A program made the translations under genes and the position numbers. A stretch of DNA of 64,000 nt from Auanema rhodensis (lineage: Eukaryota; Animalia; Nematoda): positions 20,522,001-20,586,000 of the forward strand of contig OZ059898.1 in assembly GCA_964057225.1 (NCBI GenBank), written 5' to 3'. Under the pieces are notes generated by a model that was not told the DNA's origin, made no database searches, and was given only the letters and a program-made list of their open reading frames with translations. This document shows, piece by piece, positions 41,851 through 56,800 of the stretch. Numbering within the stretch: the stretch's first letter is position 1; every line of letters begins with the position of its first letter.

Positions 41851-44800
41851 TGATATCTCGGTGCATTTTTAAGCTAGCGCAAATCTGATAACACAGATCG
41901 GCGCAGCTTAAAAATCCGCATCGAATGCACTATACTACATTGAGAAACGCTTAATACAAAAATTAGTTATGATCCTTTGAAAAATGATGCATTAGTGTAT
42001 GTTGAGTTTCCATGTACACTCAACAATGCTTCCAAAAACACTTTGACAAAAATTTTTTCGAAAAATTTCAAAATAATTTAGCAAAAAGTAGATGTTTTTA
42101 GATTCCTTTTTTCAAGGCAAAGACGATGGACAATGTTATTCAACGAAAAAATTATTCCTTCACGGTGAAAATCGAGGATATAAGTGTGAACTTATATCAG
42201 TTGATATCTCGGTGCATTTTTAAGCTAGCGCAAATCTGATAACACAGATCGACGCAGCTTAAAAATCCGCATCGAATGCACTATACTACATTGAGAAACG
42301 CTTAATACAAAAATTAGTTATGATCGTTTGAAAAATGATGCATTAGTGTATGTTGAGTTTCCATGTACACTCAACATTGCTTCCAAAAACATTTTGACAA
42401 AAATTTTTTCGAAAAATTTCAAAATAATTTAGCAAAAAGTAGATGTTTTTAAATTTTTTATTTCAAGACAAAGACGATGGACATTGTTATTCAACGAAAA
42501 AATTAATTCTTCAGGGTGAAAATCGAGGATATAAGTGTGAACTTATATCAGTTGATATCTCGGTGCATTTTTAAGCTAGCGCAAATCTGATAACACAGAT
42601 CGACGCAGCTTAAAAATCCGCATCGAATGCACTATACTACATTGAGAAACGCTTAATACAAAAATTAGTTATGATCGTTTGAAAAATGATGCATTAGTGT
42701 ATGTTGAGTTTCCATGTACACTCAACATTGCTTCCAAAAACATTTTGACAAAAATTTTTTCGAAAAATTTCAAAATAATTTAGCAAAAAGTAGATGTTTT
42801 TAGATTCCTTTATTCAAGGCAAAGACGATGGACAATGTTATTCAACGAAAAAATTAATTCTTCAGGGTGAAAATCGAGGATATAAATGTGAACTTATATC
42901 AGTTGATATCTCGGTGCATTTTTAAGCTAGCGCAAATCTGATAACACAGATCGACGCAGCTTAAAAATCCGCATCGAATGCACTATACTACATTGAGAAA
43001 CGCTTAATACAAAAATTAGTTATGATCGTTTGAAAAATGATGCATTAGTGTATGTTGAGTTTCCATGTACACTCAACATTGCTTCCAAAAACATTTTGAC
43101 AAAAATTTTTTTGAAAAATTTCAGAATAATTTAGCAAAAAGTAGATGTTTTTAGATTCCATTTTTCAAGGCAAAGACGATGGACAATGTTATTCAACGAA
43201 AAAATTAATTCTTCAGGGTGAAAATCGAGGATATAAGTGTGAACTTATATCAGTTGATATCTCGGTGCATTTTTAAGCTAGCGCAAATCTGATAACACAG
43301 ATCGGCGCAGCTTAAAAATCCGCATCGAATGCACTATACTACATTGAGAAACGCTTAATACAAAAATTAGTTATGATCCTTTGAAAAATGATGCATTAGT
43401 GTATGTTGAGTTTCCATGTACACTCAACAATGCTTCCAAAAACACTTTGACAAAAATTTTTTCGAAAAATTTCAAAATAATTTAGCAAAAAGTAGATGTT
43501 TTTAGATTCCTTTTTTCAAGGCAAAGACGATGGACAATGTTATTCAACGAAAAAATTATTCCTTCACGGTGAAAATCGAGGATATAAGTGTGAACTTATA
43601 TCAGTTGATATCTCGGTGCATTTTTAAGCTAGCGCAAATCTGATAACACAGATCGACGCAGCTTAAAAATCCGCATCGAATGCACTATACTACATTGAGA
43701 AACGCTTAATACAAAAATTAGTTATGATCGTTTGAAAAATGATGCATTAGTGTATGTTGAGTTTCCATGTACACTCAACATTGCTTCCAAAAACATTTTG
43801 ACAAAAATTTTTTCGAAAAATTTCAAAATAATTTAGCAAAAAGTAGATGTTTTTAAATTTTTTATTTCAAGACAAAGACGATGGACATTGTTATTCAACG
43901 AAAAAATTAATTCTTCAGGGTGAAAATCGAGGATATAAGTGTGAACTTATATCAGTTGATATCTCGGTGCATTTTTAAGCTAGCGCAAATCTGATAACAC
44001 AGATCGACGCAGCTTAAAAATCCGCATCGAATGCACTATACTACATTGAGAAACGCTTAATACAAAAATTAGTTATGATCGTTTGAAAAATGATGCATTA
44101 GTGTATGTTGAATTTCCATGTACACTCAACATTGCTTCCAAAAACATTTTGACAAAAATTTTTTTGAAAAATTTCAGAATAATTTAGCAAAAAGTAGATG
44201 TTTTTAGATTCCATTTTTCAAGGCAAAGACGATGGACAATGTTATTCAACGAAAAAATTATTCCTTCAGGGTGAAAATCGAGGATATAAGTGTGAACTTA
44301 TATCAGTTGATATCTCGGTGCATTTTTAAGCTAGCGCAAATCTGATAACACGGATCGACGCAGCTTAAAAATCCGCATCGAATGCACTATACTACATTGA
44401 GAAACGCTTAATACAAAAATTAGTTATGATCGTTTGAAAAATGATGCATTAGTGTATGTTGAGTTTCCATGTACACTCAACATTGCTTCCAAAAACATTT
44501 TGACAAAAATTTTTTCGAAAAATTTCAAAATAATTTAGCAAAAAGTAGATGTTTTTAGATTTCTTTATTCAAGGCAAAGACGATGGACAATGTTATTCAA
44601 CGAAAAAATTAATTCTTCAGGGTGAAAATCGAGGATATAAATGTGAACTTATATCAGTTGATATCTCGGTGCATTTTTAAGCTAGCGCAAATCTGATAAC
44701 ACAGATCGACGCAGCTTAAAAATCCGCATCGAATGCACTATACTACATTGAGAAACGCTTAATACAAAAATTAGTTATGATCGTTTGAAAAATGATGCAT

Positions 44801-47800
44801 TAGTGTATGTTGAGTTTCCATGTACACTCAACATTGCTTCCAAAAACATTTTGACAAAAATTTTTTTGAAAAATTTCAGAATAATTTAGCAAAAAGTAGA
44901 TGTTTTTAGATTCCATTTTTCAAGGCAAAGACGATGGACAATGTTATTCAACGAAAAAATTAATTCTTCAGGGTGAAAATCGAGGATATAAGTGTGAACT
45001 TATATCAGTTGATATCTCGGTGCATTTTTAAGCTAGCGCAAATCTGATAACACAGATCGGCGCAGCTTAAAAATCCGCATCGAATGCACTATACTACATT
45101 GAGAAACGCTTAATACAAAAATTAGTTATGATCCTTTGAAAAATGATGCATTAGTGTATGTTGAGTTTCCATGTACACTCAACAATGCTTCCAAAAACAC
45201 TTTGACAAAAATTTTTTCGAAAAATTTCAAAATAATTTAGCAAAAAGTAGATGTTTTTAGATTCCTTTTTTCAAGGCAAAGACGATGGACAATGTTATTC
45301 AACGAAAAAATTATTCCTTCACGGTGAAAATCGAGGATATAAGTGTGAACTTATATCAGTTGATATCTCGGTGCATTTGTAAGCTAGCGCAAATCTGATA
45401 ACACAGATCGACGCAGCTTAAAAATCCGCATCGAATGCACTATACTACATTGAGAAACGCTTAATACAAAAATTAGTTATGATCGTTTGAAAAATGATGC
45501 ATTAGTGTATGTTGAGTTTCCATGTACACTCAACATTGCTTCCAAAAACATTTTGACAAAAATTTTTTCGAAAAATTTCAAAATAATTTAGCAAAAAGTA
45601 GATGTTTTTAAATTTTTTATTTCAAGACAAAGACGATGGACATTGTTATTCAACGAAAAAATTAATTCTTCAGGGTGAAAATCGAGGATATAAGTGTGAA
45701 CTTATATCAGTTGATATCTCGGTGCATTTTTAAGCTAGCGCAAATCTGATAACACAGATCGACGCAGCTTAAAAATCCGCATCGAATGCACTATACTACA
45801 TTGAGAAACGCTTAATACAAAAATTAGTTATGATCGTTTGAAAAATGATGCATTAGTGTATGTTGAATTTCCATGTACACTCAACATTGCTTCCAAAAAC
45901 ATTTTGACAAAAATTTTTTTGAAAAATTTCAGAATAATTTAGCAAAAAGTAGATGTTTTTAGATTCCATTTTTCAAGGCAAAGACGATGGACAATGTTAT
46001 TCAACGAAAAAATTATTCCTTCAGGGTGAAAATCGAGGATATAAGTGTGAACTTATATCAGTTGATATCTCGGTGCATTTTTAAGCTAGCGCAAATCTGA
46101 TAACACGGATCGACGCAGCTTAAAAATCCGCATCGAATGCACTATACTACATTGAGAAACGCTTAATACAAAAATTAGTTATGATCGTTTGAAAAATGAT
46201 GCATTAGTGTATGTTGAGTTTCCATGTACACTCAACATTGCTTCCAAAAACATTTTGACAAAAATTTTTTCGAAAAATTTCAAAATAATTTAGCAAAAAG
46301 TAGATGTTTTTAGATTCCTTTATTCAAGGCAAAGACGATGGACAATGTTATTCAACGAAAAAATTAATTCTTCAGGGTGAAAATCGAGGATATAAATGTG
46401 AACTTATATCAGTTGATATCTCGGTGCATTTTTAAGCTAGCGCAAATCTGATAACACAGATCGACGCAGCTTAAAAATCCGCATCGAATGCACTATACTA
46501 CATTGAGAAACGCTTAATACAAAAATTAGTTATGATCGTTTGAAAAATGATGCATTAGTGTATGTTGAGTTTCCATGTACACTCAACATTGCTTCCAAAA
46601 ACATTTTGACAAAAATTTTTTTGAAAAATTTCAGAATAATTTAGCAAAAAGTAGATGTTTTTAGATTCCATTTTTCAAGGCAAAGACGATGGACAATGTT
46701 ATTCAACGAAAAAATTAATTCTTCAGGGTGAAAATCGAGGATATAAGTGTGAACTTATATCAGTTGATATCTCGGTGCATTTTTAAGCTAGCGCAAATCT
46801 GATAACACGGATCGACGCAGCTTAAAAATCCGCATCGAATGCACTATACTACATTGAGAAACGCTTAATACAAAAATTAGTTATGATCGTTTGAAAAATG
46901 ATGCATTAGTGTATGTTGAGTTTCCATGTACACTCAACATTGCTTCCAAAAACATTTTGACAAAAATTTTTTCGAAAAATTTCAAAATAATTTAGCAAAA
47001 AGTAGATGTTTTTAGATTCCTTTATTCAAGGCAAAGACGATGGACAATGTTATTCAACGAAAAAATTAATTCTTCAGGGTGAAAATCGAGGATATAAATG
47101 TGAACTTATATCAGTTGATATCTCGGTGCATTTTTAAGCTAGCGCAAATCTGATAACACAGATCGACGCAGCTTAAAAATCCGCATCGAATGCACTATAC
47201 TACATTGAGAAACGCTTAATACAAAAATTAGTTATGATCGTTTGAAAAATGATGCATTAGTGTATGTTGAGTTTCCATGTACACTCAACATTGCTTCCAA
47301 AAACATTTTGACAAAAATTTTTTTGAAAAATTTCAGAATAATTTAGCAAAAAGTAGATGTTTTTAGATTCCATTTTTCAAGGCAAAGACGATGGACAATG
47401 TTATTCAACGAAAAAATTAATTCTTCAGGGTGAAAATCGAGGATATAAGTGTGAACTTATATCAGTTGATATCTCGGTGCATTTTTAAGCTAGCGCAAAT
47501 CTGATAACACAGATCGGCGCAGCTTAAAAATCCGCATCGAATGCACTATACTACATTGAGAAACGCTTAATACAAAAATTAGTTATGATCCTTTGAAAAA
47601 TGATGCATTAGTGTATGTTGAGTTTCCATGTACACTCAACAATGCTTCCAAAAACACTTTGACAAAAATTTTTTCGAAAAATTTCAAAATAATTTAGCAA
47701 AAAGTAGATGTTTTTAGATTCCTTTTTTCAAGGCAAAGACGATGGACAATGTTATTCAACGAAAAAATTATTCCTTCACGGTGAAAATCGAGGATATAAG

Positions 47801-50800
47801 TGTGAACTTATATCAGTTGATATCTCGGTGCATTTTTAAGCTAGCGCAAATCTGATAACACAGATCGACGCAGCTTAAAAATCCGCATCGAATGCACTAT
47901 ACTACATTGAGAAACGCTTAATACAAAAATTAGTTATGATCGTTTGAAAAATGATGCATTAGTGTATGTTGAGTTTCCATGTACACTCAACATTGCTTCC
48001 AAAAACATTTTGACAAAAATTTTTTCGAAAAATTTCAAAATAATTTAGCAAAAAGTAGATGTTTTTAAATTTTTTATTTCAAGACAAAGACGATGGACAT
48101 TGTTATTCAACGAAAAAATTAATTCTTCAGGGTGAAAATCGAGGATATAAGTGTGAACTTATATCAGTTGATATCTCGGTGCATTTTTAAGCTAGCGCAA
48201 ATCTGATAACACAGATCGACGCAGCTTAAAAATCCGCATCGAATGCACTATACTACATTGAGAAACGCTTAATACAAAAATTAGTTATGATCGTTTGAAA
48301 AATGATGCATTAGTGTATGTTGAGTTTCCATGTACACTCAACATTGCTTCCAAAAACATTTTGACAAAAATTTTTTCGAAAAATTTCAAAATAATTTAGC
48401 AAAAAGTAGATGTTTTTAAATTTTTTATTTCAAGACAAAGACGATGGACATTGTTATTCAACGAAAAAATTAATTCTTCAGGGTGAAAATCGAGGATATA
48501 AGTGTGAACTTATATCAGTTGATATCTCGGTGCATTTTTAAGCTAGCGCAAATCTGATAACACAGATCGACGCAGCTTAAAAATCCGCATCGAATGCACT
48601 ATACTACATTGAGAAACGCTTAATACAAAAATTAGTTATGATCGTTTAAAAAATGATGCATTAGTGTATGTTGAATTTCCATGTACACTCAACATTGCTT
48701 CCAAAAACATTTTGACAAAAATTTTTTCGAAAAATTTCAAAATAATTTAGCAAAAAGTAGATGTTTTTAAATTTTTTATTTCAAGACAAAGACGATGGAC
48801 ATTGTTATTCAACGAAAAAATTAATTCTTCAGGGTGAAAATCGAGGATATAAATGTGAACTTATATCAGTTGATATCTCGGTGCATTTTTAAGCTAGCGC
48901 AAATCTGATAACACAGATCGACGCAGCTTAAAAATCCGCATCGAATGCACTATACTACATTGAGAAACGCTTAATACAAAAATTAGTTATGATCGTTTGA
49001 AAAATGATGCATTAGTGTATGTTGAGTTTCCATGTACACTCAACATTGCTTCCAAAAACATTTTGACAAAAATTTTTTTGAAAAATTTCAGAATAATTTA
49101 GCAAAAAGTAGATGTTTTTAGATTCCATTTTTCAAGGCAAAGACGATGGACAATGTTATTCAACGAAAAAATTAATTCTTCAGGGTGAAAATCGAGGATA
49201 TAAGTGTGAACTTATATCAGTTGATATCTCGGTGCATTTTTAAGCTAGCGCAAATCTGATAACACAGATCGGCGCAGCTTAAAAATCCGCATCGAATGCA
49301 CTATACTACATTAAGAAACGCTTAATACAAAAATTAGTTATGATCCTTTGAAAAATGATGCATTAGTGTATGTTGAGTTTCCATGTACACTCAACAATGC
49401 TTCCAAAAACACTTTGACAAAAATTTTTTCGAAAAATTTCAAAATAATTTAGCAAAAAGTAGATGTTTTTAGATTCCTTTTTTCAAGGCAAAGACGATGG
49501 ACAATGTTATTCAACGAAAAAATTATTCCTTCACGGTGAAAATCGAGGATATAAGTGTGAACTTATATCAGTTGATATCTCGGTGCATTTTTAAGCTAGC
49601 GCAAATCTGATAACACAGATCGACGCAGCTTAAAAATCCGCATCGAATGCACTATACTACATTGAGAAACGCTTAATACAAAAATTAGTTATGATCGTTT
49701 GAAAAATGATGCATTAGTGTATGTTGAGTTTCCATGTACACTCAACATTGCTTCCAAAAACATTTTGACAAAAATTTTTTCGAAAAATTTCAAAATAATT
49801 TAGCAAAAAGTAGATGTTTTTAAATTTTTTATTTCAAGACAAAGACGATGGACAATGTTATTCAACGAAAAAATTAATTCTTCAGGGTGAAAATCGAGGA
49901 TATAAGTGTGAACTTATATCAGTTGATATCTCGGTGCATTTTTAAGCTAGCGCAAATCTGATAACACAGATCGACGCAGCTTAAAAATCCGCATCGAATG
50001 CACTAAACTACATTGAGAAACGCTTAATACAAAAATTAGTTATGATCGTTTGAAAAATGATGCATTAGTGTATGTTGAGTTTCCATGTACACTCAACATT
50101 GCTTCCAAAAACATTTTGACAAAAATTTTTTTGAAAAATTTCAGAATAATTTAGCAAAAAGTAGATGTTTTTAGATTCCATTTTTCAAGGCAAAGACGAT
50201 GGACAATGTTATTCAACGAAAAAATTAATTCTTCAGGGTGAAAATCGAGGATATAAGTGTGAACTTATATCAGTTGATATCTCGGTGCATTTTTAAGCTA
50301 GCGCAAATCTGATAACACAGATCGGCGCAGCTTAAAAATCCGCATCGAATGCACTATACTACATTGAGAAACGCTTAATACAAAAATTAGTTATGATCCT
50401 TTGAAAAATGATGCATTAGTGTATGTTGAGTTTCCATGTACACTCAACAATGCTTCCAAAAACACTTTGACAAAAATTTTTTCGAAAAATTTCAAAATAA
50501 TTTAGCAAAAAGTAGATGTTTTTAGATTCCTTTTTTCAAGGCAAAGACGATGGACAATGTTATTCAACGAAAAAATTATTCCTTCACGGTGAAAATCGAG
50601 GATATAAGTGTGAACTTATATCAGTTGATATCTCGGTGCATTTTTAAGCTAGCGCAAATCTGATAACACAGATCGACGCAGCTTAAAAATCCGCATCGAA
50701 TGCACTATACTACATTGAGAAACGCTTAATACAAAAATTAGTTATGATCGTTTGAAAAATGATGCATTAGTGTATGTTGAGTTTCCATGTACACTCAACA

Positions 50801-53800
50801 TTGCTTCCAAAAACATTTTGACAAAAATTTTTTCGAAAAATTTCAAAATAATTTAGCAAAAAGTAGATGTTTTTAAATTTTTTATTTCAAGACAAAGACG
50901 ATGGACATTGTTATTCAACGAAAAAATTAATTCTTCAGGGTGAAAATCGAGGATATAAGTGTGAACTTATATCAGTTGATATCTCGGTGCATTTTTAAGC
51001 TAGCGCAAATCTGATAACACAGATCGACGCAGCTTAAAAATCCGCATCGAATGCACTATACTACATTGAGAAACGCTTAATACAAAAATTAGTTATGATC
51101 GTTTGAAAAATGATGCATTAGTGTATGTTGAATTTCCATGTACACTCAACATTGCTTCCAAAAACATTTTGACAAAAATTTTTTTGAAAAATTTCAGAAT
51201 AATTTAGCAAAAAGTAGATGTTTTTAGATTCCATTTTTCAAGGCAAAGACGATGGACAATGTTATTCAACGAAAAAATTATTCCTTCAGGGTGAAAATCG
51301 AGGATATAAGTGTGAACTTATATCAGTTGATATCTCGGTGCATTTTTAAGCTAGCGCAAATCTGATAACACAGATCGACGCAGCTTAAAAATCCGCATCG
51401 AATGCACTATACTACATTGAGAAACGCTTGATACAAAAATTAGTTATGATCGTTTGAAAAATGATGCATTAGTGTATGTTGAGTTTCCATGTACACTCAA
51501 CATTGCTTCCAAAAACATTTTGACAAAAATTTTTTCGAAAAATTTCAAAATAATTTAGCAAAAAGTAGATGTTTTCAGATTCCTTTATTCAAGGCAAAGA
51601 CGATGGACAATGTTATTCAACGAAAAAATTAATTCTTCAGGGTGAAAATCGAGGATATAAATGTGAACTTATATCAGTTGATATCTCGGTGCATTTTTAA
51701 GCTAGCGCAAATCTGATAACACAGATCGACGCAGCTTAAAAATCCGCATCGAATGCACTATACTACATTGAGAAACGCTTAATACAAAAATTAGTTATGA
51801 TCGTTTGAAAAATGATGCATTAGTGTATGTTGAGTTTCCATGTACACTCAACATTGCTTCCAAAAACATTTTGACAAAAATTTTTTTGAAAAATTTCAGA
51901 ATAATTTAGCAAAAAGTAGATGTTTTTAGATTCCATTTTTCAAGGCAAAGACGATGGACAATGTTATTCAACGAAAAAATTAATTCTTCAGGGTGAAAAT
52001 CGAGGATATAAGTGTGAACTTATATCAGTTGATATCTCGGTGCATTTTTAAGCTAGCGCAAATCTGATAACACAGATCGGCGCAGCTTAAAAATCCGCAT
52101 CGAATGCACTATACTACATTGAGAAACGCTTAATACAAAAATTAGTTATGATCCTTTGAAAAATGATGCATTAGTGTATGTTGAGTTTCCATGTACACTC
52201 AACAATGCTTCCAAAAACACTTTGACAAAAATTTTTTCGAAAAATTTCAAAATAATTTAGCAAAAAGTAGATGTTTTTAGATTCCTTTTTTCAAGGCAAA
52301 GACGATGGACAATGTTATTCAACGAAAAAATTATTCCTTCACGGTGAAAATCGAGGATATAAGTGTGAACTTATATCAGTTGATATCTCGGTGCATTTTT
52401 AAGCTAGCGCAAATCTGATAACACAGATCGACGCAGCTTAAAAATCCGCATCGAATGCACTATACTACATTGAGAAACGCTTAATACAAAAATTAGTTAT
52501 GATCGTTTGAAAAATGATGCATTAGTGTATGTTGAGTTTCCATGTACACTCAACATTGCTTCCAAAAACATTTTGACAAAAATTTTTTCGAAAAATTTCA
52601 AAATAATTTAGCAAAAAGTAGATGTTTTTAAATTTTTTATTTCAAGACAAAGACGATGGACATTGTTATTCAACGAAAAAATTAATTCTTCAGGGTGAAA
52701 ATCGAGGATATAAGTGTGAACTTATATCAGTTGATATCTCGGTGCATTTTTAAGCTAGCGCAAATCTGATAACACAGATCGACGCAGCTTAAAAATCCGC
52801 ATCGAATGCACTATACTACATTGAGAAACGCTTAATACAAAAATTAGTTATGATCGTTTGAAAAATGATGCATTAGTGTATGTTGAATTTCCATGTACAC
52901 TCAACATTGCTTCCAAAAACATTTTGACAAAAATTTTTTTGAAAAATTTCAGAATAATTTAGCAAAAAGTAGATGTTTTTAGATTCCATTTTTCAAGGCA
53001 AAGACGATGGACAATGTTATTCAACGAAAAAATTATTCCTTCAGGGTGAAAATCGAGGATATAAGTGTGAACTTATATCAGTTGATATCTCGGTGCATTT
53101 TTAAGCTAGCGCAAATCTGATAACACAGATCGACGCAGCTTAAAAATCCGCATCGAATGCACTATACTACATTGAGAAACGCTTAATACAAAAATTAGTT
53201 ATGATCGTTTGAAAAATGATGCATTAGTGTATGTTGAGTTTCCATGTACACTCAACATTGCTTCCAAAAACATTTTGACAAAAATTTTTTCGAAAAATTT
53301 CAAAATAATTTAGCAAAAAGTAGATGTTTTTAGATTCCTTCATTCAAGGCAAAGACGATGGACAATGTTATTCAACGAAAAAATTAATTCTTCAGGGTGA
53401 AAATCGAGGATATAAATGTGAACTTATATCAGTTGATATCTCGGTGCATTTTTAAGCTAGCGCAAATCTGATAACACAGATCGACGCAGCTTAAAAATCC
53501 GCATCGAATGCACTATACTACATTGAGAAACGCTTAATACAAAAATTAGTTATGATCGTTTGAAAAATGATGCATTAGTGTATGTTGAGTTTCCATGTAC
53601 ACTCAACATTGCTTCCAAAAACATTTTGACAAAAATTTTTTTGAAAAATTTCAGAATAATTTAGCAAAAAGTAGATGTTTTTAGATTCCATTTTTCAAGG
53701 CAAAGACGATGGACAATGTTATTCAACGAAAAAATTAATTCTTCAGGGTGAAAATCGAGGATATAAGTGTGAACTTATATCAGTTGATATCTCGGTGCAT

Positions 53801-56800
53801 TTTTAAGCTAGCGCAAATCTGATAACACAGATCGGCGCAGCTTAAAAATCCGCATCGAATGCACTATACTACATTGAGAAACGCTTTATACAAAAATTAG
53901 TTATGATCCTTTGAAAAATGATGCATTAGTGTATGTTGAGTTTCCATGTACACTCAACAATGCTTCCAAAAACACTTTGACAAAAATTTTTTCGAAAAAT
54001 TTCAAAATAATTTAGCAAAAAGTAGATGTTTTTAGATTCCTTTTTTCAAGGCAAAGACGATGGACAATGTTATTCAACGAAAAAATTATTCCTTCACGGT
54101 GAAAATCGAGGATATAAGTGTGAACTTATATCAGTTGATATCTCGGTGCATTTTTAAGCTAGCGCAAATCTGATAACACAGATCGACGCAGCTTAAAAAT
54201 CCGCATCGAATGCACTATACTACATTGAGAAACGCTTAATACAAAAATTAGTTATGATCGTTTGAAAAATGATGCATTAGTGTATGTTGAGTTTCCATGT
54301 ACACTCAACATTGCTTCCAAAAACATTTTGACAAAAATTTTTTTCGAAAAATTTCAAAATAATTTAGCAAAAAGTAGATGTTTTTAAATTTTTTATTTCA
54401 AGACAAAGACGATGGACATTGTTATTCAACGAAAAAATTAATTCTTCAGGGTGAAAATCGAGGATATAAGTGTGAACTTATATCAGTTGATATCTCGGTG
54501 CATTTTTAAGCTAGCGCAAATCTGATAACACAGATCGACGCAGCTTAAAAATCCGCATCGAATGCACTATACTACATTGAGAAACGCTTAATACAAAAAT
54601 TAGTTATGATCGTTTGAAAAATGATGCATTAGTGTATGTTGAGTTTCCATGTACACTCAACATTGCTTCCAAAAACATTTTGACAAAAATTTTTTCGAAA
54701 AATTTCAAAATAATTTAGCAAAAAGTAGATGTTTTTAGATTCCTTTATTCAAGGCAAAGACGATGGACAATGTTATTCAACGAAAAAATTAATTCTTCAG
54801 GGTGAAAATCGAGGATATAAATGTGAACTTATATCAGTTGATATCTCGGTGCATTTTTAAGCTAGCGCAAATCTGATAACACAGATCGACGCAGCTTAAA
54901 AATCCGCATCGAATGCACTATACTACATTAAGAAACGCTTAATACAAAAATTAGTTATGATCGTTTGAAAAATGATGCATTAGTGTATGTTGAATTTCCA
55001 TGTACACTCAACATTGCTTCCAAAAACATTTTGACAAAAATTTTTTTGAAAAATTTCAGAATAATTTAGCAAAAAGTAGATGTTTTTAGATTCCATTTTT
55101 CAAGGCAAAGACGATGGACAATGTTATTCAACGAAAAAATTAATTCTTCAGGGTGAAAATCGAGGATATAAGTGTGAACTTATATCAGTTGATATCTCGG
55201 TGCATTTTTAAGCTAGCGCAAATCTGATAACACAGATCGGCGCAGCTTAAAAATCCGCATCGAATGCACTATACTACATTGAGAAACGCTTAATACAAAA
55301 ATTAGTTATGATCCTTTGAAAAATGATGCATTAGTGTATGTTGAGTTTCCATGTACACTCAACAATGCTTCCAAAAACATTTTGACAAAAATTTTTTCGA
55401 AAAATTTCAAAATAATTTAGCAAAAAGTAGATGTTTTTAAATTTCTTATTTCAAGACAAAGACGATGGACATTGTTATTCAACGAAAAAATTAATTCTTC
55501 AGGGTGAAAATCGAGGATATAAGTGTGAACTTATATCAGTTGATATCTCGGTGCATTTTTAAGCTAGCGCAAATCTGATAACACAGATCGACGCAGCTTA
55601 AAAATCCGCATCGAATGCACTATACTACATTGAGAAACGCTTAATACAAAAATTAGTTATGATCGTTTGAAAAATGATGCATTAGTGTATGTTGAGTTTC
55701 CATGTACACTCAACATTGCTTCCAAAAACATTTTGACAAAAATTTTTTCGAAAAATTTCAAAATAATTTAGCAAAAAGTAGATGTTTTTAGATTCCTTCA
55801 TTCAAGGCAAAGACGATGGACAATGTTATTCAACGAAAAAATTAATTCTTCAGGGTGAAAATCGAGGATATAAGTGTGAACTTATATCAGTTGATATCTC
55901 GGTGCATTTTTAAGCTAGCGCAAATCTGATAACACAGATCGACGCAACTTAACAATCCGCATCGAATGCACTATACTACATTGAGAAACGCTTAATACAA
56001 AAATTAGTTATGATTCCTTGAAAAATGATGCATTAGTGTATGTTGAGTTTCCATGTACACTCAACATTGCTTCCAAAAACATTTTGACAAAAATTTTTTC
56101 GAAAAATTTCAGAATAATTTAGCAAAAAGTAGATGTTTTTAGATTCCATTTTTCAAGGCAAAGACGATGGACAATGTTATTCAACGAAAAAATTATTCCT
56201 TCAGGGTGAAAATCGAGGATATAAGTGTGAACTTATATCAGTTGATATCTCGGTGCATTTTTAAGCTAGCGCAAATCTGATAACACAGATCGACGCAGCT
56301 TAAAAATCCGCATCGAATGCACTATACTACATTGAGAAACGCTTAATACAAAAATCAGTTATGATCGTTTGAAAAATGATGCATTAGTGTATGTTGAGTT
56401 TCCATGTACACTCAACATTGCTTCCAAAAACATTTTGACAAAAATTTTTTCGAAAAATTTCAAAATAATTTAGCAAAAAGTAGATGTTTTTAGATTCCTT
56501 TATTCAAGGCAAAGACGATGGACAATGTTATTCAACGAAAAAATTAATTCTTCAGGGTGAAAATCGAGGATATAAATGTGAACTTATATCAGTTGATATC
56601 TCGGTGCATTTTTAAGCTAGCGCAAATCTGATAACACAGATCGACGCAGCTTAAAAATCCGCATCGAATGCACTATACTACATTGAGAAACGCTTAATAC
56701 AAAAATTAGTTATGATCGTTTGAAAAATGATGCATTAGTGTATGTTGAGTTTCCATGTACACTCAACATTGCTTCCAAAAACATTTTGACAAAAATTTTT

